Shown: positions 17,034 to 27,406, counted from the first letter of the stretch. The stretch: 64,000 nucleotides of DNA from Nitrospira sp. (GCA_047150005.1 AP038806.1:1920001-1984000); one strand, 5' to 3'. The notes: generated by a model not told the origin, from the sequence alone. Made by a program: numbers and translations.

Positions 17034-18464
17034 ATGCCCACCGATCCCAGCCCTGCTCCCCTCGTGCACAGGCCCTCCGCAAGATCGATCGCCTTAGCCG
17101 TATTGGTGGAATCGACACAGTCGGACGACCCCATCGATGGCCTGCTGGAGCGGGCCTGCGCGCCGATAGGCCATGATGCGAGAGAACGGGCCTTAACGGT
17201 GGAGCTCGTCTACGGCGTGCTCCGACATCAGGCAACGATCGACTGGAGGTTGGAGCCGGTTCTCGACAAGCCGATGCAGAAGCTGCCGCGGCTGATTCAG
17301 ATGCTTCTCCGGATCGCTGCCCATCAGCTGATCTATCTCGATCGCATCCCTCACTCGGCGGCGGTCTACGAGTCGGTCCGGCTGGTCAAAGTCAATGTTC
17401 CGTTCCTGGGAAGGGATTGGAGCGGCTTCGTCAACGCCGTTCTGCGCGCCCTGCTTCGAAATCCTGTTGCGCCCTGGCCTTCCCTGGCGGACGATCCCAT
17501 CCACTCGCTTTCCGTGCGTTATTCCGTTCCAGAATGGCTGAGCCGTCGATGGATCCATCGGCTCGGACCTGATGCGGCCGAGGCCGCCTCCGCCCACTCC
17601 GTCACTATTCCGCCCGTGACGATCAGGGTCAATCGGCTCAAGTCGACACGCGACGAGTTTCTGGAGCGGCTTCGACAAAGCGGGGTATCGGCTTCCCCGA
17701 CAAGCGTGAGCCCGGTGGGTATCACGATCGAGCCGCACGGGCCCATCACGTTTCTCCCGGGATTTTCAGAGGGCTGCTTCTATGTCGAAGACGAAGCGGC
17801 TCCGCTCATCCCTCCCCTTCTCGGCGCGAGTTCCGGTGAGTCGATCCTTGATGCCTGCGCGGCACCGGGAGGAAAGACGACTCATTTGGCCGAATTGATC
17901 GGAGACCGAGGGACCATCCTGGCCCTCGATAAGAAAGGAACGAGGCTTGACCTTGTCGCGGCCAATTGTGCGAGGCTCGGATTGCGGAGTGTGATGCCGA
18001 TTACCGGCGATGCTCGATACAGAGATAAATGGCAACGTGCGGCCACACCTCCGTTTGATCGTGCCGAAGTCCAGCGTGGACCGTTCGATCGCATGCTTGT
18101 CGATGCTCCCTGCAGCGGGTTGGGAGTGTTGCGCCGACACCCCGAGGCGAAGTGGCGGAAGCACAGTGCTGCACTTGTCCGCCATCAAACGCTGCAGCTG
18201 GAGATTCTGAATGCGCTCAGCGCAAGCTTGCGGCCCGGCGGTGTGCTGGTCTATAGTACCTGCTCGGCCGAACCGGAAGAGACCGAAGCCGTTGTCGCGA
18301 GATTCCTCAATGCTCATGCGGACTTCCGTCGCGAGTCCCTCGCTCCGTGGCTTTCGGGCAGGGCCCAGGATTTCCTGACCAGCCAGGGAGACCTGACCAC
18401 GGAGAATAACCGGCACGCGATGGATGTCTTCTATGCCTCGCGCCTCAGGAAACGAGATTCATGA
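17034..18464 (+). CDS. rsmB: 16S rRNA m5C967 methyltransferase
   Basis: NusB-like N-terminus; DACAAPGGKT, DAPCSGLG, VYSTCS; follows fmt. Confidence 0.93.
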   Translation: MPTDPSPAPLVHRPSARSIALAVLVESTQSDDPIDGLLERACAPIGHDARERALTVELVYGVLRHQATIDWRLEPVLDKPMQKLPRLIQMLLRIAAHQLIYLDRIPHSAAVYESVRLVKVNVPFLGRDWSGFVNAVLRALLRNPVAPWPSLADDPIHSLSVRYSVPEWLSRRWIHRLGPDAAEAASAHSVTIPPVTIRVNRLKSTRDEFLERLRQSGVSASPTSVSPVGITIEPHGPITFLPGFSEGCFYVEDEAAPLIPPLLGASSGESILDACAAPGGKTTHLAELIGDRGTILALDKKGTRLDLVAANCARLGLRSVMPITGDARYRDKWQRAATPPFDRAEVQRGPFDRMLVDAPCSGLGVLRRHPEAKWRKHSAALVRHQTLQLEILNALSASLRPGGVLVYSTCSAEPEETEAVVARFLNAHADFRRESLAPWLSGRAQDFLTSQGDLTTENNRHAMDVFYASRLRKRDS

Positions 18465-19141
18465 CCAGACCTGCCCGCATCGCTCCTTCGATCCTGTCGG
18501 CTGACTTTGCCCGCTTGGCGGATGAAGTCGCCGCCGTCGAGCGCGGGGGTGCGGATTTTCTGCATGTGGACGTCATGGACGGCCACTTCGTTCCCAATTT
18601 GACCATCGGCCCCCCGATCGTCGAATCCCTGAAAAAAGTGACCAAGCTGCCGCTGGATGTGCATCTGATGATTACGAACCCGGATGCGTTCATCCCGGAG
18701 TTTGCCGCCGCGGGGGCCGACTACTTGACCGTGCACGTGGAAGCCTGTCCTCATCTCCACCGGACTGTCCAGTTGATCAAAGAGCACCGAGTCAAGGCCG
18801 GAGTGACCTTGAACCCCGCGACGTCGCTGCACACGCTGGATGAAATTCTTCCGGATGTGGATCTCGTCCTTATCATGTCGGTCAATCCGGGTTTCGGCGG
18901 TCAGAAATTCATCGACTCCTGTCTCCAGAAGGTCGCGAACGCCAGGCACATGCTGGATCAGGTCCGAAGCCAGGCCCTCCTGGAAGTCGACGGCGGCATC
19001 AAAGTGGACAATGCCGGCCGCATTCTGGCTGCCGGCGCGGAGGTGCTGGTGGCAGGCTCAGCAGTCTTCTCCAGCCCGGACTACGGCGCCACCATCGCGG
19101 CATTGCGAGCCGCCGGGCAGCCAGCCTCGGCGCATCGATAG
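18461..19141 (+). CDS. rpe: Ribulose-phosphate 3-epimerase
   Basis: IAPSILSADF, HVDVMDGHFVPN, MSVNPGFGGQ, EVDGG. Confidence 0.97.
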   Translation: MTRPARIAPSILSADFARLADEVAAVERGGADFLHVDVMDGHFVPNLTIGPPIVESLKKVTKLPLDVHLMITNPDAFIPEFAAAGADYLTVHVEACPHLHRTVQLIKEHRVKAGVTLNPATSLHTLDEILPDVDLVLIMSVNPGFGGQKFIDSCLQKVANARHMLDQVRSQALLEVDGGIKVDNAGRILAAGAEVLVAGSAVFSSPDYGATIAALRAAGQPASAHR

Positions 19142-19149
19142 GCCCTCGG

Positions 19150-20712
19150 GTGGACATCGCTGCTCTCATCGATAGTCTGCATCCCCTGGAAATCAGGGTC
19201 CTTGCCGCCTTTTCGGAGCACCGCGACCGGGCGATGGAAACAGAGCAGCTGGCCGCGGCCGCCGGACTGGAAGCCTCCCAAATCAGCATGGCGGTTGAGT
19301 GGCTGTTGGCCAAGTCGCTCCTCGCCGTCGAGGACGAAACCGTGACGCCCATCGTGTCGCTGACCAAGACCGGTGAGCAGTATTTCGAGAAGCAGTCGCC
19401 GATCGAGTTGGTCTTGTCCGTCGCGCGCGAGGCGGCCGGGACCGGCAAACGCCTGACGATCCAAGACCTGCAGACGCGAGAAGGTCTGGAGCCGTCGGAC
19501 GTGAGCGGGGCCATCGGGGCCTTGAAAAAGGAAGGCGCCCTCTTGATCGTTCAAGGCGGGTGCCTTGAGTCGACGGGACGACCGAGCCAGACCGCCGAAG
19601 CCCTGCGAGGGCTGCTCCAGCAGCTCCACAGCGGTCCGCGAGCCATAACGACCTTCTCCGACTTCCAGCAGCGGGTGATTGATGTGCATGCCGTCAAGCG
19701 AGGGAAGGTCAAGGAGCCGTTTCGGGTGGATGATCGCGTGACCCGGTGGCTGAAGCCGACCACCGAGGGCTTTGATGCGCTGAAGCACCTGTCCCGCCAG
19801 AACACGGCCGAGGAAGTCTCGCAATTGACGCCTGAACTCCTGAAAGAAGGCGGCTGGAGGACGAAACGGTTCCGCAAGTACACCATCAGCTTGAGGGCAC
19901 CCAGGATCGCTCCGGGACGGCGCCACCCCTATCGAGAATTTCTCGATACGGTCAAGACCAAGCTCGTCAGCATGGGCTTTCAGGAAATGCGGGGGGCGCT
20001 GGTGGAAACCGAGTTCTGGGACATGGACGCGCTGTTCATGCCGCAGTTTCACCCGGCCCGCGATATACACGACGTCTATTTCGTGAAACATCCCACGCAT
20101 GCGAAAGGTCTCGCGGAGCCTTTCCTCACACGAGTGAAAGAGGTCCATGAGCGGGGCGGGGATACCGGATCGACCGGCTGGGGCTACACATTCGATCTCA
20201 AGCGGGCCAGTCGGTTGGTCTTGCGGAGCCAAGGTACGGCGGTCTCCGCTCACCGGTTGGCGTCTCATCCGCTGGTTCCGGGGAAGTATTTTTCGATCGC
20301 GCGCTGCTTTCGTTATGACCAGGTCGATGCAACCCATGCGACGGACTTTTTCCAAGTCGAAGGGATCGTGCTGGGCGACGACATCAATTTTCGTACATTG
20401 CTCGGCCTCCTGAACCTCTTCGCGCGGGAAGTTGCACAGGCAAAGGAAGTCAAGTTCCTCCCGGCCTATTTTCCCTTTACGGAGCCTTCGGTGGAGCTGC
20501 ACGTACGCCATCCGCGACTCGGCTGGATCGAACTCGGCGGTGCCGGGCTGTTCCGTCCGGAGGTGGTCATGCCGCTCGGCGTCCACGTGCCGGTGATCGC
20601 ATGGGGGTTAGGGCTCGACCGCATGGCGATGGTGGCCCTGGGCATTCATGACATCCGTGAGTTGTTCACCGACAACCTCGATCTGATTCGCTCCACACGC
20701 GGCGCAGTCTAA
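19150..20712 (+). CDS. pheS: Phenylalanine--tRNA ligase alpha subunit, long archaeal/eukaryal type
   Basis: FWDMDALFMPQFHPARDIHD, FRYDQVDATH, YFPFTEPS, AWGLGLDR; 520 aa with a long N-terminal extension. Confidence 0.93.
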   Translation: MDIAALIDSLHPLEIRVLAAFSEHRDRAMETEQLAAAAGLEASQISMAVEWLLAKSLLAVEDETVTPIVSLTKTGEQYFEKQSPIELVLSVAREAAGTGKRLTIQDLQTREGLEPSDVSGAIGALKKEGALLIVQGGCLESTGRPSQTAEALRGLLQQLHSGPRAITTFSDFQQRVIDVHAVKRGKVKEPFRVDDRVTRWLKPTTEGFDALKHLSRQNTAEEVSQLTPELLKEGGWRTKRFRKYTISLRAPRIAPGRRHPYREFLDTVKTKLVSMGFQEMRGALVETEFWDMDALFMPQFHPARDIHDVYFVKHPTHAKGLAEPFLTRVKEVHERGGDTGSTGWGYTFDLKRASRLVLRSQGTAVSAHRLASHPLVPGKYFSIARCFRYDQVDATHATDFFQVEGIVLGDDINFRTLLGLLNLFAREVAQAKEVKFLPAYFPFTEPSVELHVRHPRLGWIELGGAGLFRPEVVMPLGVHVPVIAWGLGLDRMAMVALGIHDIRELFTDNLDLIRSTRGAV

Positions 20713-20716
20713 CCCC

Positions 20717-22432
20717 ATGCCGACGATTACGATCTTCAGGCAGGATCTCGAACAGCTGCTGGCCGGGCCGGCCAAGCCTCCGTCACCGGTGACGCCCGAG
20801 CAGCTGGACGCGTGGCTGATGTTGGTCAAGGGAGAACTCAAGGGGCAGAGCCTCGACACCGGCGAACTGCGGATCGAACTGCAAGACAGCAATCGACCCG
20901 ATCTGTGGTGTTGTGAGGGCATCGCGCGCCAAATCCGCATCAAGCAAGCCGGAACCAATGCTCCCTATGCCTTTCTGTCCCTTCGGAAGCCGCCGGCGAA
21001 ACAAGTCGTGGTCGGAGCGGGGTTGGAAGTGCTGAGACCCTATGTGGCCGCCTGCACGGCGACCGGGTATCGGGTCGCGAAGGAGGGATTGGCGCAGCTG
21101 ATCCAGACGCAGGAAAAATTGGCGGAGATCTTCGGACGCAAGCGCCGCACGGTCTCCATCGGCCTGTACCGTCTTTCCGCAATCGAGTTTCCGGTGTCCT
21201 ACGAAGCCGTGGCGCCTGATAGCGCCAGATTTATTCCATTGGGGATGACGACGGTCATGACGCTCAGCGAGATGCTGCTGATTCATCCCAAGGGGCTGGA
21301 GTTCGGCGCCATCGTAGCGGGAAATGAGCGGGTTCCGTTGCTTCGGGACGCCAAGGGACAGATTCTGTCCTTCCCTCCGATCATCAACAGCAGGGAAATC
21401 GGCGAGGTCCGTGTGGGCGACGACGCCCTGTTCGTCGAAGTGACGGGGACCGACCTTCCGATGGTCATCCTGACCCTCAATATTCTTGCAGCGAATCTCG
21501 CCGACCGGGGCGCCGCGATCGAGCCCGTGGAAGTGGTCTATCCGTTCAAGACGGAATTGGGGCAGCGCGTGGTGACGCCGCAGGACTTAGGGCGAGAGCG
21601 GACCCTCTCCCTCGCCACCATCGAACGGGCACTTGGGCAAGCGATGGACGCACAGGACGTGAGTCACGCGTTGAAGAGTTACGGCTACGAGGTGAAGGTG
21701 GAACAGGAGGGCCTCACCGTGCGGCTTCCGCTCTACCGCCATGACCTCATGCACCCCATGGATGTGGTGGAGGATGTGGCGATCAGCCGAGGATTCTCCG
21801 AGTTTCCTCCCGTCATGCCGTCCCAATTCACGGTCGGCGGCCTGTCGCGCCTGGAGACGCTGTCCGATTGCGCGAGAGGCTTGATGGTCGGCATGGGCTT
21901 CCAAGAAATCATCTCAAACATTCTCGGCTCTCCCCAGTTGCTATGCGATGCCATGCGATTGAACGGAACGGAATGGGGACGACTGGTGCAGGTCGACAAT
22001 GTCATGTCGCAAAACTTCTCGGCGTTGCGCCAGTGGATGTTGCCGTCGTTGCTGCGGGTAGAAGCCGCGTCCAGCCGGGCCTTTTTCCCTCACCGACTCT
22101 TCGAAGCGGGCGAGGTCGCGCGGCCTGATCCGGCTCACGAGTTGGGAGCCGACACGGTGATGGTGCTCGGCGCCCTGATCGCGCATGCGGATGCGAATTT
22201 TTCCGAGATCCACTCCTGTCTGGACGCGCTGCTGTATTATCTTGACCGGGCCTACAAGCTGGAATCGGTCCAGCATCCCTCGTTTCTCGATGGGCGGGCC
22301 GGTCGTATCGTGGGCGAGGACGGCGTGGCGCTGGGGCTGATCGGAGAGTTGCATCCGGAGGTGCTCGAACGCTGGCAAATCACCGTTCCTGCCGTCTCCT
22401 TCGAGATCGACCTCTCGGCTTTGGGCGAGTAA
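20717..22432 (+). CDS. pheT: Phenylalanine--tRNA ligase beta subunit, short archaeal/eukaryal type
   Basis: MPTI start, NRPDLW, LSFPPIINS, RHDLMHPMDVVEDVAI, GELHPEVL; 571 aa. Confidence 0.93.
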   Translation: MPTITIFRQDLEQLLAGPAKPPSPVTPEQLDAWLMLVKGELKGQSLDTGELRIELQDSNRPDLWCCEGIARQIRIKQAGTNAPYAFLSLRKPPAKQVVVGAGLEVLRPYVAACTATGYRVAKEGLAQLIQTQEKLAEIFGRKRRTVSIGLYRLSAIEFPVSYEAVAPDSARFIPLGMTTVMTLSEMLLIHPKGLEFGAIVAGNERVPLLRDAKGQILSFPPIINSREIGEVRVGDDALFVEVTGTDLPMVILTLNILAANLADRGAAIEPVEVVYPFKTELGQRVVTPQDLGRERTLSLATIERALGQAMDAQDVSHALKSYGYEVKVEQEGLTVRLPLYRHDLMHPMDVVEDVAISRGFSEFPPVMPSQFTVGGLSRLETLSDCARGLMVGMGFQEIISNILGSPQLLCDAMRLNGTEWGRLVQVDNVMSQNFSALRQWMLPSLLRVEAASSRAFFPHRLFEAGEVARPDPAHELGADTVMVLGALIAHADANFSEIHSCLDALLYYLDRAYKLESVQHPSFLDGRAGRIVGEDGVALGLIGELHPEVLERWQITVPAVSFEIDLSALGE

Positions 22433-22498
22433 ACATGGCGGGATGAGCCTCCACGCGCTGATTCTGCGCGCAGAGGCGTCAAGATCCGGGAAGCGCGG

Positions 22499-22867
22499 TT
22501 ATGCGCCGGCGGGCGCCAGCTGCTTCTTGGCCAACCCGATCAACTGATCGAATCCCGTCGTATCCTTGATGGCCATGTCCGAGAGGACCTTGCGATCAAG
22601 CAACACATTGGCCTTTCTCAAGGCGCTGATAAAGCGGCCATAGGACAAACCCTGCGCTCTGGTCGCGGCGCTGATCCGCGCGATCCAGAGTTGCCGGAAG
22701 TCCCGTTTCCGATTCTTCCTGCCCGTATACGCATATTGCTGGCCCTTATCGACGGATTCGGTCGCCGACCTGAACAGCCGGCTCTTGGCTCCGTATTGGC
22801 CTTTGGCAAGCTTCAGCCGTTTCTTCCTTCTCGCCCGTGTTTTCGGCCCACCTTTTACGCGAGGCAT
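22499..22867 (-). CDS. rplT: 50S ribosomal protein L20
   Basis: MPRVKGG...RKRDFRQLWIARI...LDRKVLSDMA. Confidence 0.98.
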   Translation of the reverse strand: MPRVKGGPKTRARRKKRLKLAKGQYGAKSRLFRSATESVDKGQQYAYTGRKNRKRDFRQLWIARISAATRAQGLSYGRFISALRKANVLLDRKVLSDMAIKDTTGFDQLIGLAKKQLAPAGA

Positions 22868-22904
22868 GGGAGCGTACTCCTTTTCGGTTGATTCGCAGTG
22901 ATCG

Positions 22905-23099
22905 CTACTGATACGGGAGCAGGCGCGCGAGTGCGGACGCCTTCGTCGGATCGACGACGACCGAGCCGCTCAAGCGGCGCTTCCGCTCGCGATTCTTGCT
23001 GGTCAGAATGTGCCGCTTTCCGGCCTTCTTTCGCACGAATTTCCCGGTGCCGGTCTTGTGAAACCGCTTGCTGGCTCCGCTATGGGATTTCACCTTCAT
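22905..23099 (-). CDS. rpmI: 50S ribosomal protein L35
   Basis: [15 protein letters not shown]...RHIL; lies between infC and rplT. Confidence 0.96.
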   Translation of the reverse strand: MKVKSHSGASKRFHKTGTGKFVRKKAGKRHILTSKNRERKRRLSGSVVVDPTKASALARLLPYQ

Positions 23100-23136
23100 A
23101 TTCCGTTGTCCTTTGGTTAAACGTTGTTGCTCACCG

Positions 23137-23646
23137 TCAACCCTTGGGTGCCACGATCATGATGAGGCTCCGGCCTTCCATCCTCGGGGCATACTCGATT
23201 GTGCCGGTTTCGGCCAATTGTTCGATCACCGAGCTCATGAGCGAGCGTCCCATCTCTTGGTTGGCCATCTCGCGTCCCCGGTAGGTCAGGGTGACCTTGG
23301 TCTTGTTCCCCTCTTCCAGAAACGACTTAATTTGTCGAACCTTGATCTCCAGGTCATGCTTGTCCGTTCTGGGACGCAGCTTGATTTCCTTCACCTGGGT
23401 CGATTTCTGGTGACGTCGGTTCTGGTGGTCCTTCTTGCTCAACTCATACTTGTACTTCCCGTAGTCCATGATGCGACAGACGGGAGGAGCCGAAGTCGGG
23501 GCGACTTCCACCAGATCGTAGCCGCCTTCCTGCGCCTGCCGAAATGCTTCCGGGGTGGGGAGAATCCCGAGCTGCTCGCCTTCCGGGCCGATCACTCTGA
23601 CTTCACGCACTCTGATTTCGCGGTTCACGCGCAGTTTGGGAACGAT
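23137..23646 (-). CDS. infC: Translation initiation factor IF-3 (probable ATC start)
   Basis: [21 protein letters not shown] and VKEIKLRP. An in-frame ATC at 23646 follows GAGGTG. Confidence 0.96.
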   Translation of the reverse strand: MVPKLRVNREIRVREVRVIGPEGEQLGILPTPEAFRQAQEGGYDLVEVAPTSAPPVCRIMDYGKYKYELSKKDHQNRRHQKSTQVKEIKLRPRTDKHDLEIKVRQIKSFLEEGNKTKVTLTYRGREMANQEMGRSLMSSVIEQLAETGTIEYAPRMEGRSLIMIVAPKG

Positions 23647-23656
23647 AGGCCACCTC

Positions 23657-25585
23657 TCATGATGTGGGTGAAAGTTGTTGTCCGACCCGGTCAGCCTCTC
23701 GGCGGAGAAGGTCCAGCGCCCCGGCGATCGTCATGCTCCCAAGATTGGCGCCGCTGCGTCCGCGCACGGAAACCATGCCGCTCTGCACTTCGCGGTCGCC
23801 GACCACGAACATGAAGGGGACCTTGGCTCGTTCCGCTTCTCTGATCTTGAGGCCGATCTTCTCATTGCGGAGATCGGCGTCTGCGCGGAAACCGGCCGCC
23901 TTCAAGTCAGCGGCGACCTTGGCGGCATACTCGCGTTGATTGTCGGTGATGGCCATCACCACGGCTTGAACCGGTGCCAGCCAGGTTGGAAATGCGCCGC
24001 CGTAATGTTCGATCAAGATTCCGAAGAACCGTTCGATCGAGCCGAGAAGCGCGCGGTGAATCATGATGGGCTGATGGGCCTTGCCGTCCTCTCCGATGTA
24101 ACTCAATTCAAACCGTTCCGGATTGTTGAAATCCACCTGCACGGTTGAACATTGCCACGATCGCCCCAGGGCATCCTTGATCTTGATGTCGATCTTCGGA
24201 CCGTAAAAGGCGCCGCCCCCCGCATCCAGTTGATAGACGATGTTCCGGCTCTTCAAGGCCGCCTCAAGCGCGCTTATGGCCAGGCTCCAATGCTCGTCGC
24301 CGCCGACCGATTCCTTCGGCCTGGTGGACAAAAAGACTTCAAACTCAGTGAATCCGAAGGTCCGCAGCATGAAGAAGGTGAAGTCGAGTACACGAGTGAC
24401 CTCGGCCTCGATTTGGTCCGGGCGACAAAAGAGGTGGGCATCGTCCTGGGTGAACCCCCTCACTCGCAACAGACCGTGGAGCACTCCCGTCCGTTCGTAG
24501 CGGTAGACGGTCCCGAGTTCTCCATATCGGACGGGCAGATCGCGGTAGCTCCGAAGCCGGGATTTGTAGATCATGATGTGGTACGGACAGTTCATCGGCT
24601 TCAGCTGGTACTCGCTTCCCTCCAGCTTCATGGACGTGAACATGTTCTCGCGGTAGTAGTCCACATGTCCGCTGGTTTTCCAGAGATCGAGCCGGGCGAC
24701 GTGCGGGGAGTACACCAGTTCGTAGCCGTCCTTAATGTGCTGTTCGCGCCAAAAGTTCTCGATCAACAACCGGATAGCCGCCCCTTTCGGGTGCCACAGC
24801 ACAAGGCCCGGGCCGATCTCGTCCTGAACCGAGATCAGATCCAGTTCTTTCCCGACCTTTCGGTGGTCGCGACGCTTGATTTCCTCCAGGCGCGCAAGGT
24901 AAGCATCCAAATCACCCTGTGTCGGAAAGGACGTACCGTAAATCCGTTGCAACATCGGATTACGCTCGTCGCCACGCCAGTAGGCTCCCGCCGTGGTCAA
25001 CAGCTTGAGCGCGCCGACATGTCCGGTGCTGGGAAGATGAGGGCCACGGCAGAGATCGACGAAATCTCCCTGCGTATAGGCCGTGATCGACTCACCGTCC
25101 GGGAATCCTTGGATGAGTTCCACCTTGTACTGCTCTCCACGCGAGCGGAAGAATTCGATCGCCTCGGGTTTGGTGAACTCCCGTCTGCCGATGGTCAGAT
25201 TGCGTCGAATGATTTCCCCGACCCGCTCTTCGATCTTGGTCAGGTCTTCGGGTGTGAAGGGACGGTCGAAGGCAAAATCATAATAAAAGCCGTCCTCGAG
25301 CGCGGGACCAATCGTCAGTTGCGCGGAAGGAAACAGCTCCTTGACGGCCTGAGCCATGATGTGCGTGCTGCTGTGCCGATACACCTCGCGCCCTTCCGCG
25401 CTGTCAAAACGCAGCGGCTCGATCGTGGCATCGCCGGACAGCGGTTTCGAGAGATCCACCACCTGACCGTTGACTTTGGCGGCCAAGACCTGTGAATCCA
25501 ACGCGCCCAAGGATGAGAGCACGGTTTGGACGGATTCACCGCTTTCGATCGTCCGCCCCGCCCCATTTTTCAGTACGACTTTCAT
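23657..25585 (-). CDS. thrS: Threonine--tRNA ligase
   Basis: TGS domain, DLCRGPH, RDHRKVG, LKPMNCP, LRVRGFTQDDAH, FYGPKID. Confidence 0.98.
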   Translation of the reverse strand: MKVVLKNGAGRTIESGESVQTVLSSLGALDSQVLAAKVNGQVVDLSKPLSGDATIEPLRFDSAEGREVYRHSSTHIMAQAVKELFPSAQLTIGPALEDGFYYDFAFDRPFTPEDLTKIEERVGEIIRRNLTIGRREFTKPEAIEFFRSRGEQYKVELIQGFPDGESITAYTQGDFVDLCRGPHLPSTGHVGALKLLTTAGAYWRGDERNPMLQRIYGTSFPTQGDLDAYLARLEEIKRRDHRKVGKELDLISVQDEIGPGLVLWHPKGAAIRLLIENFWREQHIKDGYELVYSPHVARLDLWKTSGHVDYYRENMFTSMKLEGSEYQLKPMNCPYHIMIYKSRLRSYRDLPVRYGELGTVYRYERTGVLHGLLRVRGFTQDDAHLFCRPDQIEAEVTRVLDFTFFMLRTFGFTEFEVFLSTRPKESVGGDEHWSLAISALEAALKSRNIVYQLDAGGGAFYGPKIDIKIKDALGRSWQCSTVQVDFNNPERFELSYIGEDGKAHQPIMIHRALLGSIERFFGILIEHYGGAFPTWLAPVQAVVMAITDNQREYAAKVAADLKAAGFRADADLRNEKIGLKIREAERAKVPFMFVVGDREVQSGMVSVRGRSGANLGSMTIAGALDLLRREADRVGQQLSPTS

Positions 25586-25607
25586 CGGCTTATGCAATGT
25601 ACCCGTT

Positions 25608-25654
25608 CAAAAACAACAAAGGCACCCCGCCTCGGAGAGGCATACGGATGCCCT
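25608..25654 (-). terminator. Hairpin plus T-rich tail after tRNA-Val, ahead of thrS
   Basis: Minus strand GGCATCC..GCCTC-TCC-GAGGC-GGGGTGCC followed by TTTGTTGTTTTT. Confidence 0.45.
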
Positions 25655-25662
25655 CAGCCGAA

Positions 25663-25737
25663 TGGTAGGCGCGGACGGTCTTGAACCGTCGACCTCTACC
25701 GTGTCAAGGTAGCGCTCTCCCCCTGAGCTACGCGCCT
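25663..25737 (-). tRNA. tRNA-Val (GAC)
   Basis: AGGCGCGTAGCTCAGGGGGAGAGCGCTACCTTGACACGGTAGAGGTCGACGGTTCAAGACCGTCCGCGCCTACCA folds into a cloverleaf. Confidence 0.96.
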
Positions 25738-25873
25738 ATCGTCCGGATGCGCATGCTAATATAGCCCCGACTTTCGTGTCAAGAAACGCAAAGGCGAAGA
25801 GGACACGCGGGACCGGTGCGTAACCTCTTCTCCTTTGCTCGGGGGCGGTTTCGTATCAGACAGGCGTCCGTGG

Positions 25874-26146
25874 TCAGCGGACTGCAGACTTCAACACCTT
25901 TCCAGCAGAAAACTTCGGCACCTTTGCAGCCGGAATCCGGAGCGTTTCACCGGTTCTCGGATTGCGGCCGAGTCGAGCCTTTCGCCGGGAAATGGTGAAG
26001 GTGCCGAAATTCACCAGAGAAACACGCTGACCCTTTTTCAGGGAGGACGTGACTGCCCCGGTAAAGGCCTGGAGCGCATTTCCTGCCGCCACCTTCGTAA
26101 TTCCGGCGGATGCGGCCATTTTTGCAATCAACTCTTCTTTTGTCAT
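25874..26146 (-). CDS. hup: DNA-binding protein HU
   Basis: MTKEELI..., FGTF, GRNPRTGE, PKFSAGK. Confidence 0.93.
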   Translation of the reverse strand: MTKEELIAKMAASAGITKVAAGNALQAFTGAVTSSLKKGQRVSLVNFGTFTISRRKARLGRNPRTGETLRIPAAKVPKFSAGKVLKSAVR

Positions 26147-26212
26147 TATGCCCCTCCTGTCATGGTGGTTGGAGTGTGGTCAGGAACTCGCCCAGATTCC
26201 GGGATCACTCTT

Positions 26213-26818
26213 TCAGCAGGCGGTGGACTCTGCGTCGCGCACGCGGGCGGGCCGTCCCCGCTTCACGGGAATATGCAGTTTGTGAATCTTTTTCCGCAAC
26301 GTATTTCGGTTCAGTCCCAGCAACTCGGCCGCTTGGATCTGGTTGCCCTTGGTTTCTTGAAGCGCCCTGGCGATCAGCGGTCGCTCAATGGCCGAAATCA
26401 GCAGAGGATGGAGATTCCTCCCCGATCCGTTCCGCATGCCCTTGACGAAGTCGCTCATCTTTCGCTCGATAAAATCCTCGAGGGAGGGTGCCGCCTGTCC
26501 GTTGGCGGCGCCGTGTCTGGATCGATTCAGCGTCTGCATGAATTTCGAGGCACGGCGGAGCGCCGAACGAGTACCGGTGATGATGAGCGCCTGCGTGAGA
26601 TCGAGATGACCGGATAAAGCCGGCACGGGATCCTGAGTACCGGGCTTTGCCTCAAGAATGACCGCGTCAAAGCTCCGCTTGGTCGAGTCCTTCGGCAAAG
26701 CTGCAGCGTCCTTTGCGGTGGTGACGGACGCGTCTTTGAACGCTTGCCTGAACTGGGTCTGGATATCCGAGTCACCGCTCAGCAGCAGAACGCTGAAAAC
26801 CGATGGAGAGAGTGTCAT
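26213..26818 (-). CDS. Fis-family HTH protein with degenerate receiver-like N-terminus
   Basis: IERPLIARALQETKGNQIQAAELLGLNRNTLRKKI. Confidence 0.8.
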   Translation of the reverse strand: MTLSPSVFSVLLLSGDSDIQTQFRQAFKDASVTTAKDAAALPKDSTKRSFDAVILEAKPGTQDPVPALSGHLDLTQALIITGTRSALRRASKFMQTLNRSRHGAANGQAAPSLEDFIERKMSDFVKGMRNGSGRNLHPLLISAIERPLIARALQETKGNQIQAAELLGLNRNTLRKKIHKLHIPVKRGRPARVRDAESTAC

Positions 26819-27236
26819 GAACTACCACCCGAAGAAGAGGGCCGGATTATTGCCCAGAGCCCATTTGATGTCAACGGCGAAATATGACGTGCGCGAGGCG
26901 TCGTCGGCGCGATGGACGGCGCAGGCTGGTGTCGGATGACGGACCGCTCGTTCATCGTGATCGTGCGGTTCTGCGATCGACGACGCGGGACGGAGTCATC
27001 GTGGTTGCCTATGCCTGGGTCATGTCTGCCGGACACGAGCCTCCTGAACCTTGCTCGGGTGTCCTGGTCGACTTTGTTAGGATGGATGCGTCACCATACG
27101 GCCGCACCCCCTCACAGGTTCTCGCATCACATGCGATCGCTCCCACCCTACCTCGTGGACTGTAGCCTAGAAGGTGTGCAAGAGGGATCGACGAAGGAAC
27201 CGGATGATCCTCGTGAGCGCTTGGTGGCAGGTCTTG

Positions 27237-27329
27237 CGTCATGTCCGCGAAGGCGGGCATCCACTTCTCGGTCAAGTCTCAATGCTGAGGAGCAGGCCTT
27301 GACTGGATTCCCGCTTCCGCGGGGAAGAC
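27237..27329. repeat. Degenerate CGTC-type REP doublet (long hairpin)
   Basis: CGTCATGTCCGCGAAGGCGGGCATCCA ... TGGATTCCCGCTTCCGCGGGGAAGAC inverted pair, with internal GTCAAG/CTTGAC pairing. Confidence 0.6.
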
Positions 27330-27376
27330 AAACTTCAGTGCTTCTGATGGCAAACCGACCCCCTACCGGAGCGACC

Positions 27377-27406
27377 TTGACAAGGTGAAGAGCGGAACGG
27401 TAACAT
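27377..27406 (+). promoter_or_regulatory. Sigma-70 promoter of the rrf2-sir-cys operon
   Basis: TTGACA-N18-TAACAT, flanked by two CCTACCGGA copies (27362, 27417) that may be operator half-sites. Confidence 0.55.

Noticed and set aside
19081..20586. Long antisense ORFs (e.g. 501 aa here, 447 aa at 24152-25495, 509 aa at 44740-46269)
   Set aside because: They are shadows of well-supported genes on the opposite strand in GC-rich DNA and have no recognisable motifs.
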